From positions 1 through 38,970 of IMG/VR virus record IMGVR_UViG_3300020045_020419: a DNA stretch of 38,970 nucleotides; one strand, given 5' to 3'. The position numbers were made by a program, and so were the translations under genes. Positions 35,608 through 38,970 of the stretch are shown piece by piece. Under the pieces are notes generated by a model that was not told the origin of the DNA, searched no databases, and was given only the letters and a program-made list of their open reading frames with translations. The stretch is from a virus (lineage: Duplodnaviria; Caudoviricetes). Every line of letters begins with the position of its first letter. Within the stretch, counting starts at the first letter, position 1.

Positions 35608-36126
35608 ATGACCAATCCACCCAACAGACCGATATTGGCATTTGAATTGAACAAAAAATACACTTCCTTTCTTGAGTATTTGTTCGGAAAGGATGAAAAC
35701 GGAGTGATATTGCTTACCAACGGAAATCCGGTTGGCAAGATGATTAATTCGCTCTGGGAAACTTCACCCTACCCGGTAAACACTAAATTTGAAAATGAAG
35801 TCAGGGTTTACCTTCCAATTCACCCGGGAAGCAACTACCGGCTAAAATTCAACTTTATCTATATCGATAAATGGAAAACAGAACAACTGCGTATTTTCAT
35901 AGAATCGTATTTTGAAATTGTGATCAGAGAATTTTTTGTTAATGGTTATGAGAAACATTACCAGAAGAAAACGATAATAGAAATGATTCTTGCCGACCTA
36001 AACAGATACGAATATTCATTTACTTACGACCAAATTTCAAAGTTCGATTACCGAAATAGAGTTAAAATCGTCGAAAATATACGATTCGACATAAAGAAGT
36101 CTAGAAAATCATTGATAATCAGGTAA
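35608..36126 (+). CDS. Hypothetical protein, candidate late-gene activator
   Basis: 172 aa with a basic C-terminus, at the early/late boundary; function inferred only from position. Confidence 0.55.
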   Translation: MTNPPNRPILAFELNKKYTSFLEYLFGKDENGVILLTNGNPVGKMINSLWETSPYPVNTKFENEVRVYLPIHPGSNYRLKFNFIYIDKWKTEQLRIFIESYFEIVIREFFVNGYEKHYQKKTIIEMILADLNRYEYSFTYDQISKFDYRNRVKIVENIRFDIKKSRKSLIIR

Positions 36127-36193
36127 TAAATAAATTTTAAATACATTTGTCTCTGAAATACAGCATATTATATTAAATTAACTCACTTTTAAA

Positions 36194-36565
36194 ATGTCGA
36201 AAAGAACAATTATTTGCAGTTATTTTGACTGGGTACATATTTCGGATGTAGTTTCTACTGAAGATAATACAATTGTACTTGCAGATGGAAAATCGTGGAC
36301 CAGAATATTAAGCCAAAACAAGGTTACATATCAATCTGAAACAGATAATCCGGATGCAGGTCCGATAAATAACGAATCTGTGAATATTACAGCTTATTCA
36401 AATGTAGTTACAGAGCTGCTCAATCGCAATCAGAATTACATTTTGCGCATTTTCGAAGATGATCAGGAATTAATTATAGGTTCTAAAGATTATCCGGCAC
36501 AAAAATCGTATACCAACAACCGAATCCGGGTAACTTTATCTTTCAACTGTCAATCCCCAATATAA
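36194..36565 (+). CDS. Hypothetical protein
   Basis: 123 aa ORF before the protease. Confidence 0.7.
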   Translation: MSKRTIICSYFDWVHISDVVSTEDNTIVLADGKSWTRILSQNKVTYQSETDNPDAGPINNESVNITAYSNVVTELLNRNQNYILRIFEDDQELIIGSKDYPAQKSYTNNRIRVTLSFNCQSPI

Positions 36566-36567
36566 TC

Positions 36568-36603
36568 TGTCATTTATTAAACTTCTAAATATCCATATCA
36601 TTG
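36568..36603 (+). promoter_or_regulatory. Putative late promoter (TGTCATTT-N20-TATCATTG)
   Basis: One mismatch in each box, identical spacing, upstream of the protease and capsid genes. Confidence 0.55.
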
Positions 36604-36624
36604 CACTATATTAAAAACAGTGCA

Positions 36625-37536
36625 ATGATATATACTCAATTACTTACCGAAGTCGGATCAGGTCCGTTACTTATTCGCGAATCTGCAACTCGTGAACTGG
36701 AGGCAATTCTCAGAAAACATGAAGTAGGTGTTCAGGCACCAACTAACAAAGAATTGAAACTTCACATTCCTGCAATACATACGAATATGATTAGTTCTGA
36801 CAATGCAAGTTCAGACAATCCATTTGATGCTTATGAGGAAAACTCAGTAGTTATATTGCCAATTATTGGTATGATGTATAAATACAATACCATTGATTGG
36901 GATGAGTATAAATATGTCATTGGCATGGATCAGGTTGCAAATCTTATCCGTAAAGCAGACCAGTCTCCAAAAATTGCCGGTATAATTTTACTTTGCAACA
37001 CTTCCGGAGGCACAACTCAATCTATTCTTCAGCTTGAAGATGCAATGCGTAACAGAACTAAACCAGTAATTGGTTTGGTTGATGGTATGTGTATGTCTGG
37101 AGGAATATACGCACTATCATTTTGCGATAAGATTTATGCAACAAATCGGATGTGCGAAATTGGATCAATTGGAACTTATTGCCGATTACTAGATAATTCG
37201 AAAATGCTCGAAAATGCAGGTATTAAAATAATTCCTGTTTACCCTAAAGAATCAGATTGGAAAAACAGAGCTGTCAACGAAGCATTGGCCGGAAAGGAAC
37301 AATTATTAATTGATGAATCATTGGCTCCATTTGCAATCCATTTTCAGAACATTATCAAAGAAAACCGCCCAAAATTAAAACAGGATGTAGAAGGCATTCT
37401 CGAAGGGCGCGAATTTTATGCTTACGATGCAATTGAACATAAACTAATTGATGGCTTACGAAATATTCCTCAAGCCATTGATGAAGTTCTCAGCCTATCA
37501 AAAGAAAACAAACAATTTTACTCACAATTTAATTAA
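36625..37536 (+). CDS. S49-family (SppA-like) prohead protease
   Basis: NTSGG, MCMSGGIY and IGSIG motifs; directly upstream of the capsid gene. Confidence 0.88.
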   Translation: MIYTQLLTEVGSGPLLIRESATRELEAILRKHEVGVQAPTNKELKLHIPAIHTNMISSDNASSDNPFDAYEENSVVILPIIGMMYKYNTIDWDEYKYVIGMDQVANLIRKADQSPKIAGIILLCNTSGGTTQSILQLEDAMRNRTKPVIGLVDGMCMSGGIYALSFCDKIYATNRMCEIGSIGTYCRLLDNSKMLENAGIKIIPVYPKESDWKNRAVNEALAGKEQLLIDESLAPFAIHFQNIIKENRPKLKQDVEGILEGREFYAYDAIEHKLIDGLRNIPQAIDEVLSLSKENKQFYSQFN

Positions 37537-37544
37537 AAAAAAGT

Positions 37545-38970
37545 ATGAAAAAGTGGCAACAAAGATTTATGGCAATTGCTGTAGCATTGGGATTTTCTGA
37601 AAAAGTAAAATCCGGATCGGTTTCCAAAGAGGAACAAAAAGCAATTTTTGCCGAGTATCAAAAAATTCACAACATTTCTTTTGCTGATGACAAGCTTCTG
37701 AATGAAGATGTTGAAGTTGAAGAAACGTTGATTTCTACTGAAGATTTGGCAGACATTGCTAAATTGTTAGGTACAGAAGCAAAAGACTTATCAAAAGACA
37801 ACAAAGAAGTTGTGAAAAAGGTAGTCGAAAAAGCAAAGGATCAGGAAAAGAAAATTGAAAAACTTTCTGCTGAACCTGAAGTGGAAGATGTAAAAAAAGT
37901 TCGTGCAGCCGGTGCAGCTGGTAACATGGCTATCGTTTTAGGTCGTACACCTAACACAGCAACTCACTTGTTTGGTATTGAGCATGAAAACTTTGCTTTG
38001 ACTGCATGGTGGAATCAGATCACAGCTGATCGTAAAGCTATTGAAGCTTCAAATATTCAACCTGATCAACAGGCTGCATTCATGGAGGCCTTCAAATCTC
38101 AATCAACCAGCATTGCACGTCGTGCCATTGAATTGCAAGCATCAAACCAAATTGGTTTGTTGGACTATTCAAAAATGATTGCAGGCGAAGGTCACATTGA
38201 TTACAGCTCATTGACAGAAATTGCCGGTGAATATGTAGTTCGTCGTAACGATTTGATTTTGGCTTATTTCCGCACATTGCCATCAGTTGGAAACATTTTC
38301 CCGGTTGTATCTAATGTTCAGAACAAAGAAGAAGCTCCAACAGCTACTTTTGGCGAACTGTCACAAGGATATCGCGAAGGTCGTATTTTCAAAGGATCAG
38401 TTGGTTTCAGTGCTGAAGTGTATTCGGTAATTGATGTAATGTTCAAGTATCAGTTCTCTGACCTGATTGCACTTGAAAAGAAATACATCGGTTATTTAAA
38501 CCGCGAAGGTTCTTCTGTAATCAAATGGACATTCATTGAATGGATCATGGTGTACTTTGGCCAGCAGCTCGTGAATGAGCAAAACCGTCGTCGCGTTATT
38601 GGTGTTCGCGTTCCTCAACAAAATGTTGTAGCTAACCCTGCAATGTTTGGTGCTGATGGAGCTTTACGTGCCATCGAACGTGTTGAAGAAGAATTGAAAG
38701 TACTTCCTTTCGAAGATTTGGCAGTGTACACATCAAGCAGCATGCTTGATTACGTGAAAAACATGTGGAACAAAGTGGCAAACATTGTTGATACCACTGT
38801 TGGCTTGAAAGTATATGCCAACATGAAACACAAAGAATGGTACGATGAGTTGTGGGCTGACAAATATGGTCAATATACAGGTGCAATTGTATCTGGTCAA
38901 CAGTTGACTGATTTGAATCCTGCTAACATTATGTGGGTTCCAAACATGCCGGCTAACAACTTCAAAATGT
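37545..38970 (+). CDS. Putative major capsid protein, 3'-partial (not in ORF track)
   Basis: Open frame of at least 475 codons from ATG 37545 (MKKWQQRF...) to the window end, after the protease; charged N-terminal scaffold-like region. Confidence 0.75.
   Translation, partial: MKKWQQRFMAIAVALGFSEKVKSGSVSKEEQKAIFAEYQKIHNISFADDKLLNEDVEVEETLISTEDLADIAKLLGTEAKDLSKDNKEVVKKVVEKAKDQEKKIEKLSAEPEVEDVKKVRAAGAAGNMAIVLGRTPNTATHLFGIEHENFALTAWWNQITADRKAIEASNIQPDQQAAFMEAFKSQSTSIARRAIELQASNQIGLLDYSKMIAGEGHIDYSSLTEIAGEYVVRRNDLILAYFRTLPSVGNIFPVVSNVQNKEEAPTATFGELSQGYREGRIFKGSVGFSAEVYSVIDVMFKYQFSDLIALEKKYIGYLNREGSSVIKWTFIEWIMVYFGQQLVNEQNRRRVIGVRVPQQNVVANPAMFGADGALRAIERVEEELKVLPFEDLAVYTSSSMLDYVKNMWNKVANIVDTTVGLKVYANMKHKEWYDELWADKYGQYTGAIVSGQQLTDLNPANIMWVPNMPANNFKM

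Larger units (their letters stand above)
1..38970. mobile_element. Temperate tailed phage (siphovirus-like) of a Bacteroidota host, excised/attP form, partial genome
   Basis: Terminase, portal, tape measure, lysis, integrase with intact attP, repressor, VapE-like ATPase, S49 protease and capsid genes, with no host-chromosome flank. Bacteroidota-type TAnnTTTG promoters. Confidence 0.93.

Noticed and set aside
36148-36183. Sixth late promoter at TGTCTCTG
   Set aside because: Poor box match and no TAnnTTTG at the fixed spacing.
179-38886. Numerous antisense and nested ORFs in the track (e.g. 10439-10822, 11573-12013, 30661-30993, 35286-35738)
   Set aside because: They are shadows of longer genes or span repeat regions, with no recognisable motifs.

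Overview
This window is most of the genome of a temperate tailed phage, probably of a Bacteroidota host (TAnnTTTG promoters, no Shine-Dalgarno motifs, AT-rich). It is seen in the excised configuration: an intact attP carries a tRNA-Ser 3'-end core next to a tyrosine integrase. Gene order is packaging/head, then a SufE homologue and a moron with a c4-like antisense RNA, then tape measure/tail/lysis/fibre, int-attP-repressor, the early and replication genes (VapE-like ATPase), and finally a putative origin, an S49 protease and the start of the major capsid gene. The standout feature is 29435-34616. Six gene cassettes are separated by attC-like hairpins (AAC...GTT), each cassette is bracketed by its own ~15-bp inverted arms, and the array ends at an attI-like site directly upstream of a second, IntI-related tyrosine recombinase that lacks the IntI-specific insertion. 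All cassette genes lie on the strand opposite to that of classical integrons, so the phage early transcript could read them. The distal hairpin truncates an ASCH gene exactly at an AAC. One cassette protein resembles a Bacteroidota RpoB segment. A fixed-spacing TGTCCTTT-N20-TAnnTTTG motif marks five likely late promoters. All assignments come from reading the sequence; no searches were run.
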